The position numbers and the translations under genes are program-made. From a virus: DNA of 64,000 nt. This document shows positions 18,474-28,668 of this stretch, one piece after another (within the stretch, counting starts at the first letter, position 1; each line of letters opens with the position of its first letter). Location: the IMG/VR virus record IMGVR_UViG_3300046675_000234, positions 17,692 through 81,691 of that record; one strand, written 5' to 3'. The notes beneath the pieces were generated by a model. That model did no database searches. It saw only the letters and a list, made by a program, of their open reading frames with translations, and was not told the DNA's origin.

Positions 18474-18746
18474 ATGACATTCCCGCTCGGCTACCCGCAG
18501 GCGGCGGGTCCGCCCGTGCTGCTGAAGGCCCTGCGCCCGCTGGTCCGCTGGACCCAGGCAGGCCCCCAGCCGCCGGTCCCGCTGAACGGCATCTTCTGGG
18601 CGACCGCGAAGCAGGCCCCGCTGCTGGTGGCAGGGAACCTGGCCGTGCCCGCCCCGCCGGGAACCCCGCACCCGCCGCCGGAAGAGCCGCTGACCGTCAA
18701 CATGGTGCCGGGCCTGGCATCCGGCGTCACCAACGCCAGCCGGTAA
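18474..18746 (+). CDS. Pro-rich hypothetical protein, possibly leaderless
   Basis: TATCGT-N6-ATG; GC3-biased codons; fills the gap. Confidence 0.5.
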   Translation: MTFPLGYPQAAGPPVLLKALRPLVRWTQAGPQPPVPLNGIFWATAKQAPLLVAGNLAVPAPPGTPHPPPEEPLTVNMVPGLASGVTNASR

Positions 18747-18763
18747 TGTGGCTCGATCCACAA

Positions 18764-18997
18764 TTACCCCGGCGGCGGCACCACCGGTTCCGCGAGATCC
18801 GGCCGGTGGGTGTGCGGCGCGATGTACGCAGCCAGCGAGGCCAGCACCCAGGCCAGGATGATCGGCAGGTTCTGCTTCTGGTCGGCGGTGAGGTTGTCCC
18901 GCAGCCACGGGATGATCTCGATCAGCAGCCCGGACAGGTACCCGGCGGCCAGCGTGGTAATGCTGCCCGCCGCCACCTTGGTCTCGATCCCGCTCAT
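18764..18997 (-). CDS. holin-like membrane protein
   Basis: 77 aa, 2 TM, ETKVAAG N-terminus, near endolysin. Confidence 0.75.
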   Translation of the reverse strand: MSGIETKVAAGSITTLAAGYLSGLLIEIIPWLRDNLTADQKQNLPIILAWVLASLAAYIAPHTHRPDLAEPVVPPPG

Positions 18998-19326
18998 CAG
19001 TCCGGCGGCTTCGCTTCGTAGGCCCGGCTGAGCTGGTCGCGCAGCAGGTAGCCCTCCAGCGCCCAGATCTTGTCGCGGGCGTGCGTGTAGGCGACGTCCC
19101 GGCCGACCTGCTCATCGAAGTTCTCCGGGCTGACCGCCGCCGAGTCACCGGTCACCGTCGAGCCGTTGACCAGTGTCAGCGCGCAGACGGTCACCGTGGT
19201 GCCGGGGAAGACGTAGAACTGCTCGCGCACGATCCGGGAGGTGACGTGCTCGGGCGTGACGCGCGGCGCGGTCAGGCCCTTGTCCTGTATGGCCTGCTCG
19301 ATCTGAGCCTCGCTTCTCTCGCTCAT
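18997..19326 (-). CDS. Gp49-family protein (possible Acb4-like nucleotide sponge)
   Basis: TVCALTLVNG..VTGDSAAVSPENFDEQVGR..KIWALEGY. Confidence 0.8.
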   Translation of the reverse strand: MSERSEAQIEQAIQDKGLTAPRVTPEHVTSRIVREQFYVFPGTTVTVCALTLVNGSTVTGDSAAVSPENFDEQVGRDVAYTHARDKIWALEGYLLRDQLSRAYEAKPPD

Positions 19327-19694
19327 CGCGGCCTCTGCTGCTTGCTGTTGCCGAGCTGCGCGGCCTGGCTGAACATCGCGGCCTCAGCCGGGTTGGCGGG
19401 CATCAGCCCGCCCCTCAGCTCCAGCCCGAGCGCGTGGCTCCAGCAGACCGGCAGCGCGCCGAACTGCGGCACCACGGTGCTGATCGCGTGGGTGACGGCG
19501 ATGTTCAGCTCCTGGCCCTTCATGCTCGGGGCCATCGTGACCCGGACAGCCGGGGCATCCGCATCGCTCACCGACGCCTGCCGGACCAGCTCCTGCTTCT
19601 CGGCCACGACGTGCTGCTTGACCAGCATCACGCAGACCGCGCACCACTCCCGGCCCGGCGGGGGCTCGGGACCGTCAAAGTAGATGTCCGCCAT
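19323..19694 (-). CDS. hypothetical protein
   Basis: AAGGAG RBS, ATGA coupling. Confidence 0.75.
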   Translation of the reverse strand: MADIYFDGPEPPPGREWCAVCVMLVKQHVVAEKQELVRQASVSDADAPAVRVTMAPSMKGQELNIAVTHAISTVVPQFGALPVCWSHALGLELRGGLMPANPAEAAMFSQAAQLGNSKQQRPR

Positions 19695-19720
19695 GGGGCT
19701 CCTTCCGTGTACTCAGGACC

Positions 19721-19984
19721 CTAGCAGCCGGACTCGACCCGCAGCCTGTCCAGCTCGGCAATCAGCAGCGCGTCCCCGCCGTTGGGCAGGGGCCGGGTGA
19801 CCACGGCGTAGAAGTGGCACCAGCGGTCGTTGTTCTTCTGGATGTACCAGGACGACAGCACCCATACGCCAGCCGTGCCGAGCAGCAGCGCGGCCAGCAG
19901 GATGGCCGTGCCCCAGATCAGCCGCCTGGTCTTACGGGGGACGGCAGCAGCAGGCACCGGCTCCTGTTCCGCCGTCTCGCTCAC
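19721..19984 (-). CDS. membrane protein in lysis cassette
   Basis: single TM; follows endolysin. Confidence 0.7.
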   Translation of the reverse strand: MSETAEQEPVPAAAVPRKTRRLIWGTAILLAALLLGTAGVWVLSSWYIQKNNDRWCHFYAVVTRPLPNGGDALLIAELDRLRVESGC

Positions 19985-21009
19985 AGCGCGCCGAGCTTGG
20001 CCCAGGTAGCCGGGCCGACCACGCCGTCAGCGGTGAGCTGGTGCGTGCCCTGGAAGTGCTCGACCGCAGCCGTGGTGGCCCCGCCGAACGCGCCGTCCGT
20101 GGCGATGCCCGCGTTCGCCTTGTTCAGGTCGTGCTGCATCAGGTGCGTCCACGCGCCGGATGATCCCGCGCGCAGCACCGGGGCATCTCCCGCGATGATC
20201 GTGACCTGCGCGCCGGGCCTGGCATCGCTGCCGATGGCGGGGCCGGTGGCGGTGCAGATCTGCGCGGCCTTCTGGCCAGCGGCGGCGGCCGGGACCAGGT
20301 GCGCGGCCAGCAGCCGGTCGTGGCTGGCTCCCGCCGTCTTGCCCGCGCAGTCCGGCACGGTGACCATGCCAGCCGGGGTGACGTGTACCGGCACGGGTCC
20401 GGGCAGCGGCGGCGGCGCGCTTCCGCCGACCATGGCCGCGAGCTGGGCGAACGTGCCCTTGTAGGCGTTGGCGTCCACGGCGCTGAACCCGCCCGTCCGC
20501 ATCGTGGACGAGTACTGCCAGACATCGGGCGACATGCCGCCGTAGCTGTTCCAGCCCGGCCCGCCGTCGCTGTAGCTGGTGTACGCGCTTGAGACCAGGT
20601 GCAGGCGGCGCTGGATGAACGGGTTGAGCGACGGCGACCCGAGCTGCTGCCACCACCAGCGCGGCAGGTACAGCATGTTGCAGATCCCGCCGTGGCTGCG
20701 CAGCCGGTCGCAGAAGGCCGCGCCGTCCCCGATGCCGGGGTGCGAGCTTCCGGTGGGCTCCAGGTCGATCATGCAGGGCAGCTTCCCGGCCCGGCTGAAG
20801 TAGTAATCAGCCTGGCCAGCGCCGTTGCCCGCCGTCAGGAAGTGGTAGCCGAAGAAGTACGCGCCCGCGTTCGCGGCCTGGCCCTTGAAGCGCTGCCAGT
20901 ACGGGTTGGTGTAGCCGGTGCCCTGGGTGACCTTGGACGCCACGGCGTGCCAGCCGTTCAGGTTAATCCCGGCCTGGAATGAGCTGATGTCGATGTAGAA
21001 GACGGCCAC
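19981..21009 (-). CDS. endolysin: GH25 muramidase + C-terminal peptidoglycan-binding domain
   Basis: IDISSFQ, KVTQG, IDLE, WQYSS, VDAN; DGAFGGAT..FQ..LTADGVVGPATW. Confidence 0.92.
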   Translation of the reverse strand: MAVFYIDISSFQAGINLNGWHAVASKVTQGTGYTNPYWQRFKGQAANAGAYFFGYHFLTAGNGAGQADYYFSRAGKLPCMIDLEPTGSSHPGIGDGAAFCDRLRSHGGICNMLYLPRWWWQQLGSPSLNPFIQRRLHLVSSAYTSYSDGGPGWNSYGGMSPDVWQYSSTMRTGGFSAVDANAYKGTFAQLAAMVGGSAPPPLPGPVPVHVTPAGMVTVPDCAGKTAGASHDRLLAAHLVPAAAAGQKAAQICTATGPAIGSDARPGAQVTIIAGDAPVLRAGSSGAWTHLMQHDLNKANAGIATDGAFGGATTAAVEHFQGTHQLTADGVVGPATWAKLGAL

Positions 21010-21017
21010 GGTTCCTC

Positions 21018-21242
21018 CTAAGACCGGCGCGGGGGCCGGGTCGCGGTCAGCACCGCCAGCTCCGTGGTGTGCCGGGCTACCGCTTCCCGCAGCTCACCGG
21101 CCTCGGTGATCAGGGACTCGATCCTGGCCGCGTTGGCGCTCGCCTCGGTGGCGGCGCGGTAGATCGACCGGGCCAGGGACACGATCAGCCCCATGCCCGC
21201 GCACAGGCCGCTCAGACCGCCGATCCAGATGCCGGGGTGCAT
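21018..21242 (-). CDS. TM + coiled-coil protein (lysis-associated)
   Basis: N-terminal TM directly upstream of endolysin. Confidence 0.6.
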   Translation of the reverse strand: MHPGIWIGGLSGLCAGMGLIVSLARSIYRAATEASANAARIESLITEAGELREAVARHTTELAVLTATRPPRRS

Positions 21243-21647
21243 ACCACCATGGTGCCCCAGGAATCGCACATCGGCACGCGCCGCTTCATCCCGTCCTGGT
21301 CCGCGATCCACTCAACCGCCGGGATGCTCACATGGTCCGGCCCGGAGTACGGGCACATGCACTCGGAGCAGGTGCAGTGCCCGATGAAGGCCATCGAGCC
21401 CTCATCGGCGGTGGACCGGACGCCGCAGTGGTGGCCGCAGCCGGGGCTCAGGTGCTCGCCGGGCAGCGCCTGCCGGATGCTCATGCGTGGCACCGCTCCC
21501 GTTTCCAGCAGGTGACCGCCAGCGGGTGCGCCCGCCAGCCGCAGCGCTCCGGTTCGGTCCAGGGCCTGGTCCAGGTGCACGCCACGAACCCGTGACCGGT
21601 CTCGGGCTGGCGGCAGGCCAGCCCGAGCTTGTGCCGCAGCCAGTCCA

Positions 21648-21932
21648 TCAGCCGTGCGCGAGCGGCGGCGGGGCTGGCTCGAACGGCGGCGGCATGACGT
21701 CCCTGGCTACCGCCATCTCGCCCCCGCCGTGCTCGTAGTGCTGGACAACCAGCGCATCGCCCAGGAACGCGCGGGTCTCGTCAATGCAGGAGCCGCACAG
21801 GTCGAACGGCTTGTACTCGTCCTGGCTGACCACCTCGCCGCCAGCCCTGGCGTGGAACTCCGACAGGTGCAGGTGCCCGGTGCGGTAGGCGCACTCAGCG
21901 CCGCAGCGGTCACAGAAATGCCTCGTGCTCAT
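21648..21932 (-). CDS. hypothetical Zn-ribbon protein
   Basis: FCDRCG..DLCGSC. Confidence 0.65.
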   Translation of the reverse strand: MSTRHFCDRCGAECAYRTGHLHLSEFHARAGGEVVSQDEYKPFDLCGSCIDETRAFLGDALVVQHYEHGGGEMAVARDVMPPPFEPAPPPLAHG

Positions 21933-21978
21933 GGTGCCCTCATCTGTATAGGTCCGCGAGATGCCCGATCCGTGAGCA

Positions 21979-22356
21979 TCAGATCCCGGAAATATTCGTG
22001 ATCGCCTTCGGGTCGGCCACGACCATGCCCGCGCGGGCGTGCTGCTGGAGCCGCAGCACCCGCTGGTGCTCGGCCGCATCCTCGCGCGCCCAGCGCTCCA
22101 GCACCCACTGGATCGCCTGCGCGGGCGTGTCGGCGTCCATGATGATGGTCGAGCGCATCGTGGCGGCCAGGTGCCAGTGCACCTCGGTGCCGCCCTCGAT
22201 GGTGCGCTGGCCCCAGCTCGCGCCGGGCAGGTCCCGGCTGGCGTACAGCCGGATGCCGCCCTCATCCCGCCGCACCCATGTCAGCAGGCACTCGGGCTTG
22301 CCGTTGCTGACCGGGACGGCGATCTCGTTGCTGGCGATGTCCTGGTACTGGGTCAT
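21979..22356 (-). CDS. hypothetical protein
   Basis: ATGA coupling. Confidence 0.65.
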   Translation of the reverse strand: MTQYQDIASNEIAVPVSNGKPECLLTWVRRDEGGIRLYASRDLPGASWGQRTIEGGTEVHWHLAATMRSTIIMDADTPAQAIQWVLERWAREDAAEHQRVLRLQQHARAGMVVADPKAITNISGI

Positions 22357-22631
22357 TCGATCACGCGCCTCTCTGGCTCCCGTGCGAAGTTCGCCGCGAT
22401 GTCCTTCATCGCGTCGGTGTAGCCGGTGTCGGCCCACGGCGCGGCAAATGGCGGCAGCTCCTGACCGGCGTCCTTGCGGAGCTGGAACGCGGCCCCCTTC
22501 AGGAAGTGGTAGACCGCGTGCGCGGTCGGGTCGGTCACCAGCTCGCGCGGCATCTGGCGCTCCAGCGCGCCCATGGCGCGTTCGAGCAGTATCGCGTCCG
22601 CGACCATCCGCTGGTGGTCTGCGCAGGTCAT
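22353..22631 (-). CDS. hypothetical protein
   Basis: TGATG coupling. Confidence 0.65.
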   Translation of the reverse strand: MTCADHQRMVADAILLERAMGALERQMPRELVTDPTAHAVYHFLKGAAFQLRKDAGQELPPFAAPWADTGYTDAMKDIAANFAREPERRVIE

Positions 22632-23089
22632 CAGAATCCTCCCCCCTGACTCGGGCTAGACGGTGACGCGGGAGACGTCACGCCAGGGATCGGGTTATCC
22701 GTGCTCGGTGACGCATCACCTCCCGTGGCAGATGGCGGGACGTATCCCGAGATACCGGGAATGTTGGCGGAGCCAGACGATGGCACGCGGTTCGGCGTCA
22801 GGCTGGGTGAGGGTGTGCCCTGCGGCCGGGCAGTCGGCTGGTAGCTAGGTTGCACAGTGACAGGCGGCTCAGTGACGTAGTGCGTTGAGGCACGCGGCAC
22901 CGGGGGCCGGATCGTGGTGTGGATGACCTGGGCGGGCGGCGTGATCACCTTCACCTGGGCTGGCTGCACCGCGTAGTAGTAGACCACGGTCGCGGCCATC
23001 CCGAGCAGCACCGAGCTGCCCAGGACCGCCAGCAGGAGCTGCCAGCCGCCGATGGGCCGCCACTTCTGCCGCCACCTCTGCCGCCTCAT
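22631..23089 (-). CDS. membrane protein with Pro/Ser/Thr-rich tail
   Basis: basic N-terminus, TM helix, low-complexity tail. Confidence 0.6.
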   Translation of the reverse strand: MRRQRWRQKWRPIGGWQLLLAVLGSSVLLGMAATVVYYYAVQPAQVKVITPPAQVIHTTIRPPVPRASTHYVTEPPVTVQPSYQPTARPQGTPSPSLTPNRVPSSGSANIPGISGYVPPSATGGDASPSTDNPIPGVTSPASPSSPSQGGGF

Positions 23090-23209
23090 CCGTGCCGCCG
23101 GAAGAAGTGATGGCGGTAGCGCTTCAGGGCGCGCTTGCGCACGGGCCAGGTCCGCAGGCACAGCGGGCACTGGACCCGCTTGTGGCTGTAGGCCAGCGGC
23201 GGCATCGGG

Positions 23210-23683
23210 TCAGGAGCCACCCAGGTCAGCGTGCGCAAGGGGCTCCCTCCGTATGTAGCGGGCCAGCACGACCGTACCCGTCGCGTCCCAGCACAGCGAG
23301 CACCGCCAGCCCAGCTTCGTGCGCTCGGCCTCATCAGCGTGGGCCTCGCAGGCGTCACTGGGCGCGATGTGCTCGCTCGGGCAGCCGATCCAGATCCGCA
23401 CCGTCGCGGCCATGCGGCAGCGCCTGGTGCCGTGGTAGACCACGCAGGCATCATCGGTCTTGCGGTGGTCCGGCCGGTTGTCCCAGTGCGGGTACAGCCC
23501 GCCGCCGGTAGCACGGTCCAGGGCCTGCTGAAGCTCGGTCTCCCGGTTCTCGGGCAGGGTGAGCATGCCCGGCGGCGGGGTGTCAGGATCTGTTAGCGGG
23601 GTGCGGCGGGCCGGGGTCCGGGAGAGCAGTTCCTCGTCTATGTCCCGCTGATCGGGTTTGCCGGTGCCCGTTGATCCGCTCAT
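23210..23683 (-). CDS. hypothetical Cys-rich protein
   Basis: ORF with Cys/His pairs. Confidence 0.6.
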   Translation of the reverse strand: MSGSTGTGKPDQRDIDEELLSRTPARRTPLTDPDTPPPGMLTLPENRETELQQALDRATGGGLYPHWDNRPDHRKTDDACVVYHGTRRCRMAATVRIWIGCPSEHIAPSDACEAHADEAERTKLGWRCSLCWDATGTVVLARYIRREPLAHADLGGS

Positions 23684-23798
23684 GAATCAGGTGTCCTCGC
23701 AGGTAGATGCGGTAGTCCGTCAGTCCGCCGAGGTACAGCAGGAACGCCTCCAGCGCATCCTGGCACTCGGCCTCGCTGGTCGTGGAGACGATGATCAT

Positions 23799-23990
23799 CT
23801 ACAGCGCCTTGATCAGCACGGCGAGCTGGCTGAACGTCCACTTGATGCCGGTCCCCACGCCGCTCATGAACGGCTGGCTGCTGGTGCCGGGGGTGCTGAT
23901 GATGCCCACGATCCAGAACACGATCAGGACCGCCGCGATGGTCAGAGCCGCCGCGAACACCTTGATCGCGCCGGACGCGATATCACCCAT
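23799..23990 (-). CDS. small membrane protein
   Basis: two hydrophobic segments. Confidence 0.6.
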   Translation of the reverse strand: MGDIASGAIKVFAAALTIAAVLIVFWIVGIISTPGTSSQPFMSGVGTGIKWTFSQLAVLIKAL

Positions 23991-24360
23991 GGCCCCATCC
24001 TGACTCGGGCGGGGGCTCGGCGGCGGCTGCCAGCCCCGGATAGGTCCGGTCGATCTCGGCCATCGCCAGCGCCCCGGCCTCGCCGCACAGCGACTGGGCG
24101 GCGTCGGGGTCCGGGTCATTCTCGGCCATGTAGCTGCCCACGGCGGCCTGGACGGCTGCGCGGCGTCCCAGCCAGCCGGGATCGTGCTCCCGGTCGTGGC
24201 TCGGGCCGTAGCCCTGCTCGATCTGCCGCCTGCGCTCGGCCAGCACAGCCGACGCGCCGCGCCAGGCCCCGCGCTGACCCAGCCAGAGCAGGTCGTGTAT
24301 GGCCTGCTCGATCGTCCCGGCCATCTGGTTCGCGGGCTTGGCCTCGCCCATGGTCATCAC
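23983..24360 (-). CDS. hypothetical protein
   Basis: AVLAERRRQIEQGY..HDREH motif; AACGATGAGG leader. Confidence 0.7.
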   Translation of the reverse strand: MMTMGEAKPANQMAGTIEQAIHDLLWLGQRGAWRGASAVLAERRRQIEQGYGPSHDREHDPGWLGRRAAVQAAVGSYMAENDPDPDAAQSLCGEAGALAMAEIDRTYPGLAAAAEPPPESGWGHG

Positions 24361-24680
24361 TTCCTCATCGTTGTGTAAACAGCATAGCGCGGCAGAAGGC
24401 CCGGCAGCGCGGGACTGCCGGGCCTCCTTGCGTGCTTACGGCCGGATCACGACCGTGGAGAACAGGTCCGTCAGGTTCCGGGGCTGGCGCTTGACCTCAG
24501 CTCCGTAGTACGTCGGGTTGACCTGGCTCCCGCTCGGGTTGCTGTACACAGGTTCCTCTCACTTGCTCGTGCCGAACACCACCGGGTCAGGCGGCTCGGT
24601 CTGCTTGTCCTCGGGCACCCCGGCCTGGGAGACCTCGCGCCAGAGGCGGGCGGCAGCAGCGGCGTCCTTCTTGCTGCCCA

Positions 24681-25244
24681 TCAGATGGGCTTGAACTTCG
24701 GGAACAGCCAGACCTGCGTGAACGGGATATTGCCGCTGGAATGCAGCCACTGCGTCCCGCGCCCGCTCCCGGCCTTGTTCGGAGCGGACAGCAGCCTGCC
24801 GCCGTGCGCCTGGATGATCGTGTTGTAGATGCCGCCGATGTGGCCGAGCAGGGTGCCTCCAGGGGGCAGCTCGATCCCCCGGCCGCAGTCGTACATGTGC
24901 GCGTAGTGGAAGACCTTGCCCTTGATCTTGACCGTCTGGGGCACCGCGCTCAGGCAGGAGCCGGGGTTGGCGGCCAGGCCCATGACGATGACGGCCTTGT
25001 ACCGGGCGACCTTCCAGCGCTGGGTGGCGTTCAGCCTGGATGTGCACGGGGCCAGGTTCACCCGCGCGCCGGGGTGCGTGCTGGCGGCGGTCAGGCACGG
25101 GTGGTGCTGCTGGTCGGCCGTGATGTGGCCCTCAGCGACGGACGGGGGCGGTCCCGGCTTGGCGGATGCTACCCCGCTGGTGAGACCGGCCGCCAGGGCG
25201 GCTGCGAAGGGGATGGCCACGAGCAGCGTTGCTCTGTGCTTCAC
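24681..25244 (-). CDS. secreted ricin-B/beta-trefoil-like protein
   Basis: signal peptide; CLT..VNLAPC..TQRW..CLS..TQVW (QxW repeats). Confidence 0.65.
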   Translation of the reverse strand: MKHRATLLVAIPFAAALAAGLTSGVASAKPGPPPSVAEGHITADQQHHPCLTAASTHPGARVNLAPCTSRLNATQRWKVARYKAVIVMGLAANPGSCLSAVPQTVKIKGKVFHYAHMYDCGRGIELPPGGTLLGHIGGIYNTIIQAHGGRLLSAPNKAGSGRGTQWLHSSGNIPFTQVWLFPKFKPI

Positions 25245-25271
25245 TGATTTTCCTTCCTTATCGTCGTGTAC

Positions 25272-25619
25272 TCACCCCGATGCTAACCCAGCCGCCTCCG
25301 CTTCGCAGCCAACTTCGGTGACCTCCAGCTCATCCCAGCGGGCCAGCCGCATGAACATCGGGTCATCGGGCCGGATCACCATCAGCCGGGTCAGGTCGCG
25401 GCGGGTGGTCTGGACCGTGCCGTCGCTCTGGAGGTAGCCGAGCCTGATGCCCCGCTCGGTCAGCGTCTCATTGGCTGGCATATTGTTGCAGGCCAGGTCA
25501 ACGACCGTGAAGAAGCCGGTGATGTCGGTCTTCAGCAGGTCTCCCAGCCACTGCATCGTGGCCTGGACCGCGACGGCGGGGAACTGCACGTCGCTGCCCT
25601 TGACCGTGACCAGCTTCAT
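25272..25619 (-). CDS. hypothetical protein
   Basis: ATGA coupling. Confidence 0.65.
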   Translation of the reverse strand: MKLVTVKGSDVQFPAVAVQATMQWLGDLLKTDITGFFTVVDLACNNMPANETLTERGIRLGYLQSDGTVQTTRRDLTRLMVIRPDDPMFMRLARWDELEVTEVGCEAEAAGLASG

Positions 25620-26458
25620 GACCGCAGCCACCGCTCGACCTGCTCGGCGGTTCGCCCGCCGCCGGGCGTCAACTTCAGCCCGAGCCCCTCGTACGACAGC
25701 AGGCCCCCTTGCAGCATCTCGGTGATCACGCGGGCCAGCTTGCTCACGTTGATCGTCTCGACCGTGCTCACCTGGTACAGGTCGGGGACCTGCTGCGGCG
25801 GCTGCGGCGGGCTGTCCGCATCGCGGGTCAGGTCCATGATCGGCCACTGATTGCGCTCTTCCTCGCGCGACGGCAGCCAGCCCTCGGTCTCGGCCTGCCA
25901 GCCAGCCGGTATGCCCGCCTCGCCCTCCTTGAAGATCTGCGTGGCCAGGTCGCGGGTCTCCAGGTCGCGGCTCAGCCGCTGCGCTGACTTGTACGCGGCT
26001 CCCTGGAGGATCTGGATACCGCTCAGCCGCTCGCGGAACTTGTCCGGGTCATAGCCAGCCTCGGCCTCAGCCGCCCAGCCCTCGATCATCGCGTCGGTGA
26101 TGATCCTGCCGTCCTTGGTGCGGTAGACCTCGGGCAGCTCAGCGGGCGGCAGCAGCCAGTCCTCGGCCTCGGCCTGCTCGGCAGCGGGCTGTTTCACCGT
26201 GGCGTCGTCGTTCAGCTCGCCCGCGTAGCGGAACCGGATCACCGGCCGGGAAGCGCCGACTGAGTACTCCATGCCGCTGAAGGTCACCGCGTACTGTCCG
26301 GCCGGTAGCTGGCCGGGCAGCCCGTCGATCTTGATCTCGCAGTGCCGGGCTGACTCGATGTCCTCGGCCGTGATCAGCTCGGGGTCGGGCACCAGGCCCT
26401 CGCAGCCGGTGTCGCCGGTCGGCTCGGTGCCGTGGCGCTCTTCGTAGGTGTCGCTCAT
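25616..26458 (-). CDS. acidic hypothetical protein
   Basis: ATGA coupling; ITDAMIEGWAAEAEAGYD segment. Confidence 0.7.
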   Translation of the reverse strand: MSDTYEERHGTEPTGDTGCEGLVPDPELITAEDIESARHCEIKIDGLPGQLPAGQYAVTFSGMEYSVGASRPVIRFRYAGELNDDATVKQPAAEQAEAEDWLLPPAELPEVYRTKDGRIITDAMIEGWAAEAEAGYDPDKFRERLSGIQILQGAAYKSAQRLSRDLETRDLATQIFKEGEAGIPAGWQAETEGWLPSREEERNQWPIMDLTRDADSPPQPPQQVPDLYQVSTVETINVSKLARVITEMLQGGLLSYEGLGLKLTPGGGRTAEQVERWLRS

Positions 26459-26694
26459 CGTGCCGCCGCCTCTGTTCCCTCGGGCGCTGGCGGCGGGGTG
26501 TAGCCCGTGCCGCCGCGCAGGTGCTGGCGCTGCGGGTGCCGCGAGCGCATCAGCAGGTCGCTGACCGGCGCGGACATCGAGATAGCCGCCAGCTCGTACC
26601 GGCCGGTCGGCCACCGCTTCCGCAGGATCTGCGCGGCGGTCTCCAGCACCTCGGCATCGCCTCGCAGGTCAGCGGGGCTGTCCATCGTGTCCAT
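26455..26694 (-). CDS. hypothetical protein
   Basis: GGAGGA RBS. Confidence 0.65.
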   Translation of the reverse strand: MDTMDSPADLRGDAEVLETAAQILRKRWPTGRYELAAISMSAPVSDLLMRSRHPQRQHLRGGTGYTPPPAPEGTEAAAR

Positions 26695-26815
26695 GGCGTT
26701 TCGTCCTCCATCTGTGAATGCGCTCAGCCAGCCGCGACAGGTGCGGCCTCAGCGCGAGGATCAGCAGGATCAGGATGGCTGCCAGTCCCCCGATCCACGC
26801 AGCGTGGCTCATCGC

Positions 26816-27160
26816 TCATTCCTCATCGTTGCCGTGCGGGTGCTTCTCACCCGCCTCCGGTGGCGTAAACAGACCAGGCGGGATGGGCATTCCCGGCAAG
26901 ATGGGCTCGCCCGTCCAGGGCGATGCCAGCATGATCCCGTGGACCGGGCACTTGGCCTGCGTGGGCACGCGGGACCGCCAGCGGTAGGCCATCCGGCAGG
27001 TGCACAGGACCGGCGCGAGGAACGCCACCAGCTCGATCCGCTCGGCCAGCATCGCCCGCTCGGCCGCGTTGACGGCCTCGATGTGCGCCCTCTGCTCGGG
27101 CGTGAACTGCGGCGGTCGCTGCTGGCCGAAGAACGCCTCAAGGTCGGGGATCTCCGTCAT
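26816..27160 (-). CDS. hypothetical protein
   Basis: CTC..CPVHG; coupled. Confidence 0.65.
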   Translation of the reverse strand: MTEIPDLEAFFGQQRPPQFTPEQRAHIEAVNAAERAMLAERIELVAFLAPVLCTCRMAYRWRSRVPTQAKCPVHGIMLASPWTGEPILPGMPIPPGLFTPPEAGEKHPHGNDEE

Positions 27161-27414
27161 GCGCGCCTGCTGGCGTGCCCGAGCTTCTTGCGGATGCGCC
27201 GCCGCTGGGCAGGCGTCTGGGCGCGGCTGGTCGGCCCGGACGCATCGCGCAGGCCGTAGCTCGCCAGCCGCCGCTCGTAGCTCATCGGCAGCGCCTGGCC
27301 GCGCTTGCGCATTGGCGGCGGCTCGCTGTACGTGACCTTGATGTTCTCGGCCTCGGCCTCGGGCTCGTCCTTGCGCCAGTGCCGGGTGATGATGTCGAGC
27401 ACGCTGCTAGGCAT
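27157..27414 (-). CDS. basic hypothetical protein
   Basis: TPAQRRRIRKK C-terminus. Confidence 0.6.
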   Translation of the reverse strand: MPSSVLDIITRHWRKDEPEAEAENIKVTYSEPPPMRKRGQALPMSYERRLASYGLRDASGPTSRAQTPAQRRRIRKKLGHASRRA

Positions 27415-28668
27415 GGGCTGCGTCCCTGGTCGCGGTGTCGTAGGTGTCAGCGACCTGCCGGGCGTAGAACCCGGCCAGGGCTCCCGCTGCCACGGCTGCC
27501 GCCACTATCAGCACCATCTTCATCTTCTTCACGCGGTATCACTCCCTCATCGTTGAGATGCGCCCGCCACGCCGCGACCGCATCGCGTGCCAGCATACGG
27601 GCTCTCGGCCCGGCCAGGATCTTGCGCTCGCCGCGCGGGTAGCAGGTGCACGTCACCGCGAGCGGCGCGGTGGACCGCCGGGCGCGGTTGCTGTTGCCGG
27701 TTCCCCAGTAGAAGATCACCAGGTCATGGCCGCGCGGCATCAGGTCCGCCGCCGTCCTCGCGTCCGCTGCCGGATAGCCCGCAGTCCGGGCATGTCCCGG
27801 AACCTGATGCGGTTCTCGATAACGTGTATGCCTACGCGCTCTGACCTGGCCCGCTTCAGCAGGAAATCCTGCTTGGCCTTGCCTCTCACCGCGCCTCCCT
27901 CTGTTGGATCGTGTTGGTTCTCACGTTCCGTGATTACCCCAGGTTACGGTGCGTCCGTGCACCGGCCGCGCAGCAGCACGCCCTCCAGGCAGCGCATCAT
28001 CGCGCCGGGCCTGCCGCAGCGGTCCATGCCGCGCAGCGGGGCCTGGCACGTCTTGGGGCCGGGCATCGGGGGCGCGGGCTCGTACGGCTCGGCGGCTCTC
28101 AGACGCTCACCAAGGCGCTTGCGCTCGCTCGGGTCCAGTGACGCGAGCGCATCGCCCAGCGGGCCGTCTGGGACCGCCAGGGCCGCGCGCAGGCCATCCT
28201 GAGCCAGCCGGGCATCGACCGGTTCAGGCATCGCCAGCCGCCTTCTGCGCCCTGAGACGGTTGATGTTCTTCTGACGCAAAGCGTCTCGCATAGCGTGCT
28301 GAGCCAGGTGGTTCTCACGGGATCGGCAGTCCTTGCACGAGCACGCCAGGATGACTTCCCAGGTGACGTGGCAGAGGCTGCAACGGCCCGCCTCGGTCCC
28401 GTCGTACGCGCAGAGGCCCGAGTGCCTGGGACAGCCCGTGGTGGACGTCTGAGAGCCGCTCATGCCGGGTGCTCCAGGTCGGCCTGGATCTTGCTCATGC
28501 GCCCGGCCTGGCCCTCGATCATGACCGTGGGCTCGACGTCGGCAGGCTCGCCCTCGTGCTCCGCGAACTCAGCCAGCCCGTCCCAGCATTCCACGAATAC
28601 CCGCAGGTCAGCCATGGTGAGCCAGCCCTGCTTGGCCTCGGTCACGACGCGCACGGAGGTCTTCGCGC

